Source of the DNA: Nymphaea colorata
Lineage: Eukaryota
Assembly: GCF_008831285.2 (NCBI RefSeq)
Contig: NC_045138.2
Span: forward strand, 39,370,001-39,434,000
DNA: 64,000 nt
Direction of reading: 5' to 3'
Positions within the stretch are counted from its first letter, which is position 1. Every line of letters starts with the position of its first letter. Below are positions 49,205-63,620 of this stretch, one piece after another. The position numbers were made by a program, and so were the translations under genes. Below the pieces are notes generated by a model. It had not been told where the DNA came from, ran no database searches, and saw nothing but the letters and a program-made list of their open reading frames with translations.

Positions 49205-51877
49205 GGATTTCAGCCTCTCCACCATACCTTCAAAAAATTACCAAACTAAGTTTTGTAGATAATTTATAATGAGTTCACAAGCATGTTTTCATGTGGACTT
49301 CATATATTTTGTAAATTCATGAAATATGTAGAGTAAGCAAATATAACAACTATATTGCCGGATTATTCATTTGTAAATTTACCTGATCTCGAACAATCAG
49401 ATGACAAGTGAACGTTGACTTTGAAAATAAGGGTCCATATATGCACCTATAAAATGTATGGACTGTATGAAGGACTGCCCATCATCTACCGCATGAGATT
49501 TGATGGACGTTGATCTTAGGAGTTGGAGGCATAAAAAATGACGGCTATTCGAATTTATTGGATGGGCGCCGAACTACCTACCATATTTACCTACCATATT
49601 TGGAGTGTTATTATCAAAACTCACCCTTCACCGTCCTCATGCAATGGTTCACTGTTACGTATATCGGTCTAAGGGTGCATTTTTGCCATTGTTGATACGG
49701 ATGCAGCTCAGAATCCTAGATGCATGAAGATTGAGGAGAGACATCAAACCTTTTTTCTTTTTTTTGGCGATGGATTGTTAACCTCTTATAATAAAGCATA
49801 TCATCTACTTATTTTTAATGTAAAACAGTTTGAGTTGAATTTCTTTGAGCGTTTAATTTGGTAGGGGTCAACGGTGACATTTATATCGCGCTCCACACCT
49901 TGTATGGCCCCTAATTCCAACAGTTTCCCAATTGATGCGAATTTACTCAAGTGAAACGTGTTACGGACATGATTAATGCATCAATGTTTGTATACATAAT
50001 GTTACATGTTGCCAGAGGACGACGTAGGTTTGGCGTGGACTACCGAAGTTTTGATCAACTCAAGCAAGTTGTGTGATGACATAACTTCGATGGCGACAGA
50101 GCAAGTTTTGATCCACTAGTGGACGTTTCATGTGGCTACAGTTTCTGACTCCATGAGGGCCTGTATGCCTGAGGAGTGGTTAAACTTGCAGCCATTTGCT
50201 TCTGTAACAATCTAGCAATTCAGGAGAGTGCTTAGCTTGGGGAATCTCAAACTACAAGATTGCTGTGTAGATCCTGGTTGCCCTTCAGGCATGAGCATTT
50301 CAAGATTCTTATAAGAATACAATGTTCTTAGTCTCAAACGCCCTTCAAGATAAATAAAAGTAATTTGATGATCGGGATCAAAATAGACTTAACTTTTAAC
50401 GAGTTGTATAGTGGTAGGAATATTAATAAACTGTTTCATGAATTTGTCCATAATATTGTAATAGAGTATTAGCATATTCATGTAACAATTCTTTACTATA
50501 TATTCTCATTGCCAAACAACCACCTAGTTTAACAAATCTCAATCTCCACTATTTTCTACAGTAATCGGAACCAAGATAACTTGATAACGAAGAAGACAAG
50601 ATATAAAGACCATAGAATCTTAAACACACTTATTTTGAAGTCTTTGCTGCACATGAATTCTCCCGCATAGTTAAGCCTCCTGCAAACAAAAAACGGGTTT
50701 ATTCTTTAAATTAACTTTATTTGGAGGAAATGACTGCCTTACGCTTCCCGAAACTGGTTATGTGCATGCCTCTGCTTACAATAAATTTTGCACACATATA
50801 TAATGACCAAAATAACCTCGACTAAGTACACAGTGAAGCCTTTTTACAAAGATATGAAAACGTTAAAAGTCTAAAAAACACATTTAATAAAAATTTTTAC
50901 AGTAACACAACCTCCCTGCTTTTTTTATTTGAGCGCATATTTGTTGCATCACCACTTAGTACACACAACTCGATTTCTGTGCTTCCACCTCCTACAGCCG
51001 TAGACTTCTTCTCATCCACTGATGCATGGGTGCAGACTGCAGGCATGTAACATCTCATTTGAAAACTAAGTACAATCTCTTCACTCATTCATTGAAAATT
51101 GATTAGCTCAAATTGTTAAAGGGAGTTGACCCAGGGACTGTTAGGTGGTTAGTCTCTCTTTTAAATTCTCAACTCTGTAAATGATGGGGAGTTACTGATA
51201 CACAAGTTGAAGTGCAGCGAGGATGACACCCAAGACACGAAAGTATGTTCTCTACTATAGGAGACTAAGGGACGGATGGGAGCTTCGACTCTCTTATGGA
51301 CAGTTGGATGAAATATTACTCCTGCTCACATAAAAAATTTATTATCTCAAGAAACAAACAGATTTTGTAATTGTGGGGTCTTATTTAGGTCTTGCAGAGA
51401 AAATTAACGAACATCTAAAACCTGATTTACAAACTAATCTGTCAGCCACACGCATGATATAGTTGGACTTGTATTTGGTCCACCTTGGTTGTATGAATAA
51501 CACTCAGTTTTTGTTGCGGATACTTGGAAATGACTATTCTCTTGTATCACATTTGACGCTAATTTCTTGACAATAAGATTATGAAACCAGCTGTGTGTAT
51601 GTGTATGTATAGGGACATTGGATGATGACTTCATGTTTAAAAGATACCAGAGGACATCAAACATGGCCATCTGAACTGTATCAGACAGCCCAGATCTCTC
51701 TCTCTCTCTCTTTTTACTTCGAGGGGAACAGACAGCCCCGGATGGAGGGGGAGGTAGAGATGGAGTAAAAAAAGAAAACGAAATCATAAGGGCTGCCCAT
51801 CTGCTTTTAGATGGACGGTCCTGGTTTAATGTTTGGTGATTTTAGAGTCACCATTCAGGTTTTTTTGTTCTCCCCGT

Positions 51878-51910
<33 letters not shown>

Positions 51911-54900
51911 AGAATGAAGAAAAAGATAGCATTTTACTGGCGGACGAGCTTAAAGGGAAACTACATTGAATATTTCGAATACATTACATCCCACTACTGT
52001 ACGTAATTCAAAGAGAAAAGTAGGTTTCTTTGATATAATTATGAATAGAAAGCTTAAGAATATTGAAAAGATAGGACAAAACGACATGTAACGTGCAGGG
52101 TCTCTGATGAATAGACATATATATATATATGTCATATATGTCAACGTTTTGGCTGTCACTGGATCTTTGATGAATTCTCATGGGTATGGGCAAGTTAAGA
52201 GTGGACAATGTTGTCTCTACGGAGTAAGATACGTTGCAGATATTCCGTTAGCTTTTGGCCATTAACTAAGAAGAGATCGCATTCCCAGATATGGGCAATC
52301 AATACCCAAATCCGACACCTTCTGATCCAAGCATTTAACACCACCTGCACACCCTAAAGGCCATGCAATCCTCACCCGAATCTCGCACGACCCGCAACCC
52401 GAAAGGTAGTTTGAAAACTGTACTCTACATTCGGATCCGGACCCACCCGCCACGCAAACGCAACGGTTTCTCCGTCGCGTTACCAAATCCACATAAGGGG
52501 GCATTGGATTTGGGGCAGAATCTTTTGAGCATGCTCCCGCGGTCTCCGCCTGACTTGACATGCTCCGCATTGACGCGCTTGTCTCCTTCCCGGACCACAG
52601 ACTCAGACAAGTTTCCGACCCGATCCCAGCTTCTTCTCCCAGTTGCCTGTGAACAGAATGCCACATGAGGCCATCGACCTCAACTTGGAAGTTGCAAGAT
52701 TCTTTTCCACTAAAATAATACAGGACGCCACGGTTCAGTAAAAGCAGTTTCTTCCTTTCTAATGGAATACTACCAAGAACGAATGCTTGAAATAGCGCTT
52801 GCTAACTTGAGTAAAGCACAAGGCAGGAGGCAAGTAGTTGAGGTGACTTTAGCACTAGCAAGAGATGGGGCACAAGTACAAGATGTAAATGCTGTTTTGT
52901 ACTATCAATGCTATCTCCTATAAAACGATGATACATTGTACTAGCTCATCTGCTTAATTCATATAGGTAAAATCTTGTCCATGTACATTCAGCAACTCAT
53001 CCAGATTTATGCTTGAACAACCAAAAGCCAAGTTTCCCATTTGGTAAAAGCACAAGCTTAATTAGTTTCAGTACTAAGTTTTGTTATGAACTAAAGGAAA
53101 TCTGGGTTTTAATTCCATTTCATCCATGACTAATATAGGTTCATAGCAGTTCCATCCGTCCCCACCTTACTGCTATTCAGAATCCAATCTTACCGTGTTC
53201 CTTTGCTGGTTCAAATTCAATGAAATGACACAAGTGTTCTTTAAGAAAGAACGGGGTGGAACTATGAAAACAGCACACACATGTATTGTAAAATGAATGA
53301 TGTAATTGATTTATTTCCATTGTTACGAATGTCACAAACGTAGGCTGCTAACCATGGTTAAACTTAACAATAAAGATGGATTTGCCTTAAACTGTTAATG
53401 TTCTGCATGGGATCATGATAAGGCAGAGGTAGAGATGTGATCTGTTGAATATAAACAGAAAATGAAATTAAAAGAACCTGTAATTTAATGAAAAATCTGC
53501 AACCTAGCAAAAGCGACATCCATGTGCTAACGGTTGAAAACATCCGTTTCCCTCACCCAGTAAAATAAAAAAGAACAGAAAGGAAAGAAAACTAAGCAAA
53601 AGAAAAGATACATAGATCTGTTGTTGCATCCTGAAACTATGTTTAACAAAAAAGTGGTGAAGTCTTAGAACTTTATAAACGCACACAAGATGATGGTCAC
53701 AAGGCCTTACAACTGAAAACAATTTTTTCTATTTCTCTCATTCGTTTATGTGTTTTAGCATTCGGAGGGGAGAGATAAAGAGTCTTCATGGTCACAAATG
53801 AACTTTTTCATTCTATTCACATCAAAAGCTTATATATATTATACATATGGGCACACAGACACACACATATAATATAATATAAGATATATATATATATATA
53901 CACACAGACACATGGAAGCTAGTGCGAGCCACTAGCTACACTAGCGTAGCAAAAAATTTTGTTGGAAAAATGAAACATGACATTTTGATGACCTAAAAAT
54001 GATATAGAGTGCCCACATCAGGTCTGTGCTGGTGACTGAGTGCTTTTTGGCCAAAATAACCTCGCTCTGCCACTGATATATTCTATATTATAATATATTG
54101 TCTCAAAGTATTTTTGTTTTAAATAGACTTCTTATAAAAAAATAAACAGTTTAAGACCAGCTCATTACTGTACACACACTAGAAAAATGTCTATTCACGA
54201 AGACAGGAATAAAAGGCACAAGATCTACTTTATGGAACTACAATGCCGTTTTTAGTAGCAAAGATGAAAGGGAACTGGCGATAGATTATCAAAGCATAGT
54301 AAAAGTTAAATTAAATTGAAAAAGCCATGTTTAATGTTCGCTGAAAAATAGACATGGGGCAATCTGAAACGTAAATACGTCATTTGATTTAATTAATCAA
54401 TCATAATTGTGTACATTATTTCTGTATGGTGCTTCCACAGCGCTTACATTCTCCTTTAATCTAATCAGCAACTGCTACATCAACATCCTTAAATTTTCTT
54501 AAGAGTTAATTAAATTATGATGGATGTTCTCAACTTTGTAGATGCCTATCCGAAATATACATAACTCAGACATTTCTTATCCACGACAATATTCCTGATA
54601 ATTTTTGACAACGTCTATAACTTCTTTTCAATAAAATTAAAGAAACAAATGTAGTTGAGTCGAATTTTCCTATATATCGGAAATAGGTTGTTGCTATCTC
54701 TGCCAAATTTGATGAGAATAACTAAAACTATCGATTCTAAGGAGATCAAACCATGAAAATTATGTTATAAATACAAAAGTTAAGTTGGTCTTTTAAGTGA
54801 TTGAAATACCCCTTTTAAGTTGAAACCAGCTACTTAAATGTGGCTAAATTTTTTAAAATTGTAAAAATTCAGAAAAGATGAAAGCTTGATGTCTAAATTG

Positions 54901-55245
54901 GATTTAGGATCCAAGATATGTCTGATACTTGAACCATTAACTCTTAAAAATTCAGTTCATGCATCAAAATTTGGTGATGTTTTTTTTCAATTTTATACGT
55001 TTGCAGAGTTTGATGCATTATGTATGGATGCTTTCACAAAAAACGGGTTTTTGCTTATCAAAATAATTGGACTTAGCCTAACACTTAATTTTTTAACAAA
55101 CACAAACACGCACTCTCTCCCCTCCCTCTCTCCCCTTTTATATAACAATATTTTGGCGAAGATTTATACCGTCGGTCTCCGTCTACAATATCGATATTTT
55201 TGTAAGAAAAATGATACTTAGTTAGGTTGTCAAGATTGTCGGAAG

Positions 55246-55442
55246 TAGGGGCGGAGCTAAGGTGGGACCTGCAAGAGCCATGGCCGTCCTTCAAAATTTC
55301 AAAAACAAAATTTTTACATATAAATTTTAAAAGTTGTTGTTTAACCTATATGAAAATTTTGTAAAATTATAATTTGGTTTTTGCTAAAATTTTAAAACTA
55401 TAATTCGATCCCACCAGTAAAAAATTCTGGATTAAACCCCTA
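55246..55442. mobile_element. Short hAT-like MITE (AGGGGCGGAGCT family)
   Basis: Left end TAGGGGCGGAGCTA, AT-rich AAAATTTT interior, decayed right end AAACCCCTA. Related decayed blocks near 53915-54075 and 61590-61770. Confidence 0.5.
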
Positions 55443-58400
55443 AAATCCTCCAAGTATAAATTCCTGTGTGCCGCGTGCTTGTATACCAAAAAGCTAAAAG
55501 ATAATGGTTTAACTTGCTCTAGTGACGCCAATTTTTTATGGTGATGGCATGCCCAGTTTGTGCCACGCTTTTCTTTAAAATAAAATCACGAGTTTATGAC
55601 CCATCAAAATCTGATGGAATCTAAGTCTTTAACTTATTATTCTTTCTATACTTTCGAACATTGATATGTTTTTTTTTATCAATGCTCTTGTTGAACAAAA
55701 ATGCTTTGCCACCAAATCACTTTTGGCAGCACTTTAATGTAACTGTTTTGGAAAAAACTCGTCCATCCGAGGAAGATCTCATCGATGCCGTCAAATTTAG
55801 TGCAATATTTACTCTTTAGATCTAGCAACGAAATGATAATCAGAGAGGCGGAGAGATTCCGATCACAATCTAATATATACGAGTTGTCGACGAATAAAAT
55901 TCAATTCAGGCATCAGATTTTCGTGAGTTTTATTAACCTTCCATGTTCATCTATTTATTTCGCTCGATATGTAAAAAAAAAAAAAAAAAGAAAACAACCA
56001 AAAAGCATCTATAGGTGGTTCATGATCGGTCGCATTTTCCAAAACTTTTGATTGATTTAAATGATGCTATAAGTGGAACTGAACAGACGTTAGCGGAAGA
56101 AGGAAAGGAAAAGCAATTATGGTCGAACTGTCTCGTCACAACAATACAATACTGTTGAAAATGAAGATTCTCGTGACTCCCTAGAAAGGAAGAGACTTCA
56201 TAAATCCTCCAGCTGCGTCGTCCTTTAAGGCAGCAGCAGCCGAGTGCGGGCACTCTGTCACCGCCATTAAATCGGACACGAAAGGCGTATGATTTCACCC
56301 TTGGCAGAACACTCTCCTCCTCCCTTCTTCCTCCGCCCTCCTCCTCCTCCTTCTCCTCCTCTTCCTCTCCACCATCGTGAGTTGAGGAGATGTCAGTGCT
56401 TCCCTTTTCGCCCAATTCTCTTCCTCTCTCCTCTCCTTCTGCTTGAATGCCGGATTCTGATTCCCAGCAGTCGACCCCACTCATTAAATTCACGCAAAGA
56501 TTTTGTGTGTGGGAGCGAATCCAACCAGACAGAGACCTTTCCTTCGCCACCATCTCCCTTGCCTCCTTTTTATGAATAATGTAACCGTTGGTGCTGCCGA
56601 TCAGGTGCGCACTTCGCCTCTCTCACCCTCCCCCTTCTTTAATGGCGATTCCTGATTTCTGCCACCAAGAGGAGCTTCACCTCCTGCGAGCGCAGGGCCA
56701 CCAGTCCGCTCCTGCTCCTCTCTCCCTCTCTCCTTTAAAAGCGCTATATTGAATGTGGGCAGAGGGATGGTGGTTGGGGGTTTTTCAATTACTCAAGTTC
56801 ATCCTTCACTGGGGGCGCGCCATGTTCTGCTGAAATTACACCAACCAGAAACGGCCACATATATCTGCACCTTAGATTGATCGACTTAAAAACTTTCCAG
56901 TTGAATCAGAACCATTGTTCAATGCACGCAAGAAATGCAATATTCTGAGCGGAATCAAGAAAACTAAGAAATGGACGTCTGCATGTAAAATTTAACTTGT
57001 CTATAATAAAACTGAACCGATGTATTAAACCCGTAAGACGACGAACGCGACAATTGAACAAAGTAAGCAGTGTGAGGATCTATAAAACCTGTACCCATTT
57101 GAATTAGAGAACAGATTAAAGGAGAGGAAGGAAAAAGACTTGGTACTGTCTGAATCGAATTAATTAGAGAAGCCAAGCACGACGTAAAGACACGGCTCTG
57201 CCTGAAAATGGCCGGACGAACACCGATGGTGCAGGTCATGCGGGCCACCTGGCCTGACGTCCGGGTTCACGACACCTGAGATAAGTAATATTTCCGTAGA
57301 GGTGGTGGCCATAGCGCTGTCTCTCTGTGTGGAGCGATCGCTTTCTTGTGGCTCCATTTCTCTCGACCGGTTGAGCCAGAAACCCCGCAAGTTGTTGGCA
57401 TCCAAAGTGGACAGTGATCCCACAACCTCGTGATCTTAATGGGATATTTATGTCTGAAGTGTGAAATTTACGAGTGCCTGGCAAGAATTGGAACAGCATC
57501 ACCCAAAGTGCAGCTTTTAGGTCCATGCATTTAAAAGCAAATCTCTAACTCTGCTATGTTCCGGTTGTCTACAAGGCAAGCAAGCAAGAAAATTGCACTC
57601 TGTGGATGCTTCTGCATTAACTTCCCTTAAGTTGTAAGGTGGATGCTTTTGTGCTTTCCTGAGCAGTTCACTTCGACCGAAATTGCGCATGTACAGCACA
57701 TCTTTTTTCCCTCTCTCTCTCTCTCTCTCTCTTTCTCCCTCTCAAAGAGAGAGAGATAGAATATGCATCTGGAAGATCTTTTACAAAGGCAGATTGATTA
57801 AACAGTCGACTCGACTCCATGGCATTGAGCCTAAAGATTGAAATGTTTTTGATGAATACTAAAGATCGAGGGCGGGCACCAGGCTGGTCCCAAGTCATGA
57901 CATTGTTTATTTAGTAGGAAAGCACATGAACGAAAGTGATTTTGAGGCATTTTAACCATTTAAAAAATGGATATATTTTTTGGAATTTTATTTTTCCCAA
58001 TTTTCATCAAGTGTTACTGAGGCATTTTTGCAAAAGGAATGGATATTTAGCAATTTTCATCTTTTTTTTTAATCTTTATAGAGGGCTTTTTCTTTGACAA
58101 AAGGGTATTGTGGATTTTTTGCATCCCACTATACCAAAACTTAAACCTAAGAAATTGATCCTAAGGGCTGTGGCTTATGCACCACTCAGTCTACAAAAAT
58201 TGTGCACTTAATGACTATAATACCTTTGATCAGTGAAAAAAGCAAACCTTCTTATAAAACAAAAAAAAAAAAGTTGATGAAAAGATTTAACATTAAAGGA
58301 AAATATAAGAAAAATATCCAAAATACTCCAAATCCCGTGTTTTCTTTCCTGTTGTTTTCTCAATTTCGAGGGGCTTTTTTTTCATGAAGGCGTTTTCTCA

Positions 58401-61400
58401 TTTACTACACCCAAATATAAGTTAACATGATCCAATACAACAATCCATCCGGTTGAACTTAATAAAGAAGACGAAAGAAGCCCCCTATGAAGACAAAATG
58501 GGAAAAATTTCAAAAATTACCTTTTCTTTTTTAAGAAGATCAAATTACCTTTGACAAAAGGAAAAAAATAAAACCAATTGAAAAATGTCCCCATCGCAGT
58601 CGTATTCACCTTGCACTAACAATAACATGCAGGTGTCTATTTCTCTCTTCATCCTTATTAAATGACATGATTAATGTGAAAGAGGGAGAGATAAATTGCA
58701 AACTCCTGCAACAAGATTGTTTTGATGTGACAAATTAAACTGAAAAACTCATGCAAGAGATATAAACCAATGAGAACTGATTGCTAAAGTGGGAGAAATA
58801 AGCTGAGAGGTTTCGCTGTGATCAATATTTGTTAACCTAAGAATTCTAAGTAAATTAGAAACACATTCTCACACACACACACCCGAACATTCTTAGGTAT
58901 CTACCAACCTCTGCCTATTTCTCTCTTCTCTCTCTTATTAATCACACAATTAATGAAAATTCAACTGCATAAATTGGTAAAACTCCTGCTATCAAGATTA
59001 TTTGATGTAAGAATTCAACTCAAATTAGCAAGACACACATTCTCTGATATCCACCGACCTGTCACTCTCTCTTCTCTTTGATCCATCAAGCAATTACTGA
59101 GAAATTGGGAAGTCATGTTATCACGATTATCTGAGGTAAGAATAGAAAGAGAGAGAGAGAGAGGCATGATTGAGGCTTGGGGTTGTGACCACACCTCCAT
59201 CAATATGCATCAAGCGAGATGCTCGTTGATGATTTGATTGAACAAAATATGAGAGAACTCAATAAGTCACGTACAGTGTGAATCGATCCATGCCACCTTT
59301 GTGTCCCCATTTCCGGGTGCAATTCTCAGAATGCACCACCTTCAAATCCCAACACAAACCGTCGATTGCCATCGCAGCCTGTTCCAGGCTCAAAACGTCC
59401 TGCCTCCCCCTCCCCCTTGGTCCGCCATGATTGCTCCTGCACCGGCAGCCACATGAAATTTCACGTCGCGTCCTTGTAGCATATTACTACTCATTGAGCA
59501 GCCTCTGTACTGTTCTTCCCCTCCCTTCGTGGTCCATGCGAAACATGGCGCCAGTGACCGGCCGACGGTCCTTTGCCCCTGCACGCTGATCATCAGATCC
59601 TTAACATGGTTAAATGCATGGCGGGTTCGAGTTTCCGTGTTTTTGGACCAAGGGGGTGCATTGAAGCGGCAGCCATGGAGGGGTCTTGTCAAGCTTGACA
59701 TTCCACGAGAATTGTTAGTGTGTCCTTCTCAGCAGCCATTCAATTGCTTTTCGCTTATTTATACGCCCTATTCATTGCAACGGCCTGCACAACCTGTTAA
59801 CAGTTTAATAATCAGAACGAAGGTGCTTAAGAAATTCTCTTATGGGCAATATGCACTCATAAATCTTTGCAGTGACCAAAACTCGTGGGATTATAAATAG
59901 TACCATGAATTGCGGCTAACCTGGCGCTGCATAAATGGTACCACGGGCCGGACCATACACAAGTCTTTGAGACTCAAAATATTTTAGTTCAGAGACACGA
60001 ATCGAACTCTTCTGACCTAATTTTAAAAGAGATTAAATGGACACGATACAGCATGATGTTTCCCATCGCTGAAAATCTTATAATTAGACCTAGTGATTAA
60101 AACTGCAAACGAAAACTAAAGAAACGACCGATCAGGTTCCGACTTTTATTCTGGAAAAGTAAAGCATGCAGAATTCAAACCAATAGCATGACGAAATACT
60201 TACTCCCAGTTGATGCCAAATTTTCAATTTTGAGGACCCCAAAAACAAAAAACACAAGAAAATGTTCCGGACATGAATTCCAGGGCCATCAAACGCTCGC
60301 CATCAGGTATACAACTTGCTTCATCATTGAACTTTCAACATTCTCCGCACCACGTTTATCTGGGGCGTGCCAATTTGCGACTAATAAAATATTTGGGTTC
60401 TGCCGCACTTTTTGATGTATGAATTTCCAGATTCATAATCATCATTGCAACAAATGAAATAATACACCACGAGCTGATTCATCAGGCCCCTGAGTCAATA
60501 TTAGGAACTTAGAATAGTGCCATGCATTAAAAAGTGAAGCTAAAAACAGAGAAATACAGTCATTATAGATAGGTTTGACACAAGTTGTTTAGTTGATGCA
60601 TTTAATAAGGACATGATTAGTTTTAGACCCGACCCTCAAGTTTTGATGCATTTAATAAGGACATGATTAATATACTGCCATAACCAGCTTATTTGATGAC
60701 TGAAATGTTGCTAGATCAAAGACTATTTTTTCAACGTCAATAATTCGCTTTGTTAAAACATTTGTAATCTTGTTCTCGCACTTTAAAATGATCATCATGT
60801 TAATCGGATGCCTCACATTCTATTTTTCAAATACCAATCTGGCGACCATGTAAAGGTTTCCTCAATCTTCAACATGAAACAATAGTCAAAAGCAGGAGCC
60901 AGGAGTTGGCTCCATCAGAGAGCCTTTTCATAGTCTCAAATTTCAAAGACCACTTTCGAGAAGGTGGCCGCATTGTTCGTAGCATGGTGACAAAACCGGG
61001 CTTTGTGATGAAAATATAAAATGAATACTGAAGATGTAAGATGATTAACTATGAATTCATCTTGGGTATGCAACTTTCAATCTACATCCAAACTTCAACC
61101 CAGTCGAATTCAAATTTAACAGCATATACAAGCCGATCAGATGCTGGCCGAGTTTGAGCTTGGGTTTCAAATTTAATCCTTCGTCCACTTCGAACTGAGT
61201 ATTCAAAACTCAATTAAGTCAGACGTGGTAATGCATGCCTCGACCAGACCCGGATCAGATTGAAACCAAAACCCTGCTGTTCCTGGGCCAAAATAGAGTG
61301 CTGATTAAGGAGGAAAATATTGGTCATCTGATTCAGACCTCCTAGGGGGAAAAGAAATCCAAAGAGATTCCTGTAGGCAAGTATCCACTGCGATTCCGCG

Positions 61401-63208
61401 TGTATGATCAGATTTGGGCCGTGTGAGGAATTAATTGAAAGCCTTACTGACCAACAATCCACATTTTAACATGTCTTTTTTATACATACATTCATTTTGA
61501 GTGAGAGAAATGAGTATTTTATCCTACGACCAAAATCATACCACTTGGAAGAGAGTGGAAGCTCTCCCTCAACCCCTTGTCTTTTTAGGGCATGAGCGAA
61601 GACATATGAGGGAGCCAAATTATAGTTTCAAAACTTTAACCAAGATCAACAAAATTTTTCTATAGATAAACAAACATTTTTAAAGTTTACATGTTTTTTT
61701 TTTTTAAATTTCGAAAGAGGGGCGGGGTGATGACCATGGCTGCTGCAGGTTCCATTGGTTCCATCCTTGCTCTATGGCAGAGAGTGTTTTTTGTGCCTCG
61801 AGATGCTGACATGCTTTAAGTTGCGTGTCTGCCTAAACATTATCCCAGTTTCCCATCCACTTGTAATTTCAGATCGAGTCTTTCACACTGAATCCGCGAT
61901 CTTGGTCGGTAGCTGAATCTTAGTGACCCATCTTTACCCGATTTCAATTTCATCAAAATTTAGAATGAATGTAATGAACGGCCCATATCTTTATATTAAA
62001 ACTCTCCGCGGTTTCACATATGCAATAGTTGCATCCCAGTTGAGCCAGATCCGATTTAGAATTCAAGTTTTTATCGTCTTAAAAATGGTTGAAGCTTGGG
62101 TTAGATCTGGTGGGTAGTCGTGGGGATTCAGCCACATCTTTCAGACAAGAAGCTATGAATTTTGATCTTCACACGGGATTTTCACTCTTGATGCAATCTA
62201 GCATTGTGCTTTCTAAAACCGAAGAAGTTGAGTCAAGATCAGTTCCATTGCTGCTCGCCAAATTAAAGAAACATCTGGAAACGAAAGAAGAAGAGAAAGG
62301 AAATGCTCTAAATTCTAGTGGATTTCTACAACTACTGGTCGCAAATCGGATACTTGCTTAAATATAGAGATTAGAAGAGCTGGTCACCTCTCGGATAGTA
62401 AGAGTTCTCAAATATTATAAGAAAGGAGCAACGTATACTAGTTAATGAAACAAAGCAAAAAAGAAAACAAAATGAAACTAAAACATGCGCATAATATTTA
62501 ATAAAAAAGAAACATACCTATAACCTTCCGATATACTGTTAAAACACATCTACGTTTTGCATTATTAATAACAAAAAAAAAAAAATCTGTCAGTTAAACT
62601 TGGGTGTTATTAGCTTAAGTTGAAGGATATAGAGATAAAATGATTAAAATACCTCTAATAAACAAGATTCCATGTTCATTATAAATGATCACTTTTGTTA
62701 ATGTTGATAGAAAGCTGTGTGAAACAAAGAAGATATCTCTCTCTCTCTCCACCTTTTTCCCCCTTCTTCTCATGATGGATGAAGTTTGGCACATAAATTA
62801 AGAACGATCCAATTGAAAGCTGACGATTATAAAGAAAAAAGTCGTCTCCTTCGTTTGAATGTTTGTGAAATTGAACGGATGAAGACATAAACCTTTACAG
62901 CTTCGGATATAATTACTGTAGATGCATCACATATCTCAACGGGAAAACGCATGCAAGGCAAAAAGCGTACGCACGATTGGTTGCTGCCTATTTCTTGATC
63001 TGAAATCCTTGCACTTTGGAACCCGCCGTTTATGAACGCAGTGTTGAGATGCCAACTTTCTGCTTCAGATCTTTGATCTGCGAATTGAGATCCACAGATC
63101 TCAGGTCCGAAGGGCTCCCTTACTTTTCATATCTTTTAAGAGGAACAATCATACAAAAACCATACCCTCTCAGTGGCCCTGCCTTGTGAATTCATACTTC
63201 TGCTTAGT

Positions 63209-63620
63209 TAAGAATTTAAAATGCAATCTTTTTGAATCAGATTTCCAACCAAACTGTCAAAAAAAAAAAATCGAATATGAAAAATAATTTAACATACGAT
63301 TAAGAAATGAGGTTGATGAATTTAGATTTTAAAATTACATGCGTGATCAGATCCAGATTTAATTAAACATCCCGTCAGCTTCAGATTTAACTTTTTTTTA
63401 AATAGATAACTTATATTTGGTATCCCATTTGGAAGTTGTTCGGTTTTTAAAATATCATAATGTGGTTTGGATCCAGTTTAAAAGTTAGAGATTGTCATAA
63501 ATCTAAAAATCGGATTCGGATTCAAATTGTGAATTTACATTTAGATTGTTAACCTATATAGGTGAACATCTAATAAACGAGCATGTATATCCGATTTGAA
63601 TCGAATCTATCGAATCCCTT
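63209..63620. mobile_element. hAT-like MITE (ATCCG/CGGAT-rich) with 8-bp TSD
   Basis: Flanked by TGCTTAGT (63201-63208) and TGCTTACT (63621-63628), a 7/8 match. Right end ATCCCTT. Interior dense in GGAT/ATCC/TCAGAT motifs. Confidence 0.6.

Noticed and set aside
54177..54260. CACTAGAAAAAT as a CACTA terminus
   Set aside because: No matching inverted end with a 3-bp TSD was found.
63005..63035. Minus-strand HKRRVPKCKD resembling the start of a CLE motif
   Set aside because: The second half of the motif is absent, and an in-frame stop lies just upstream.
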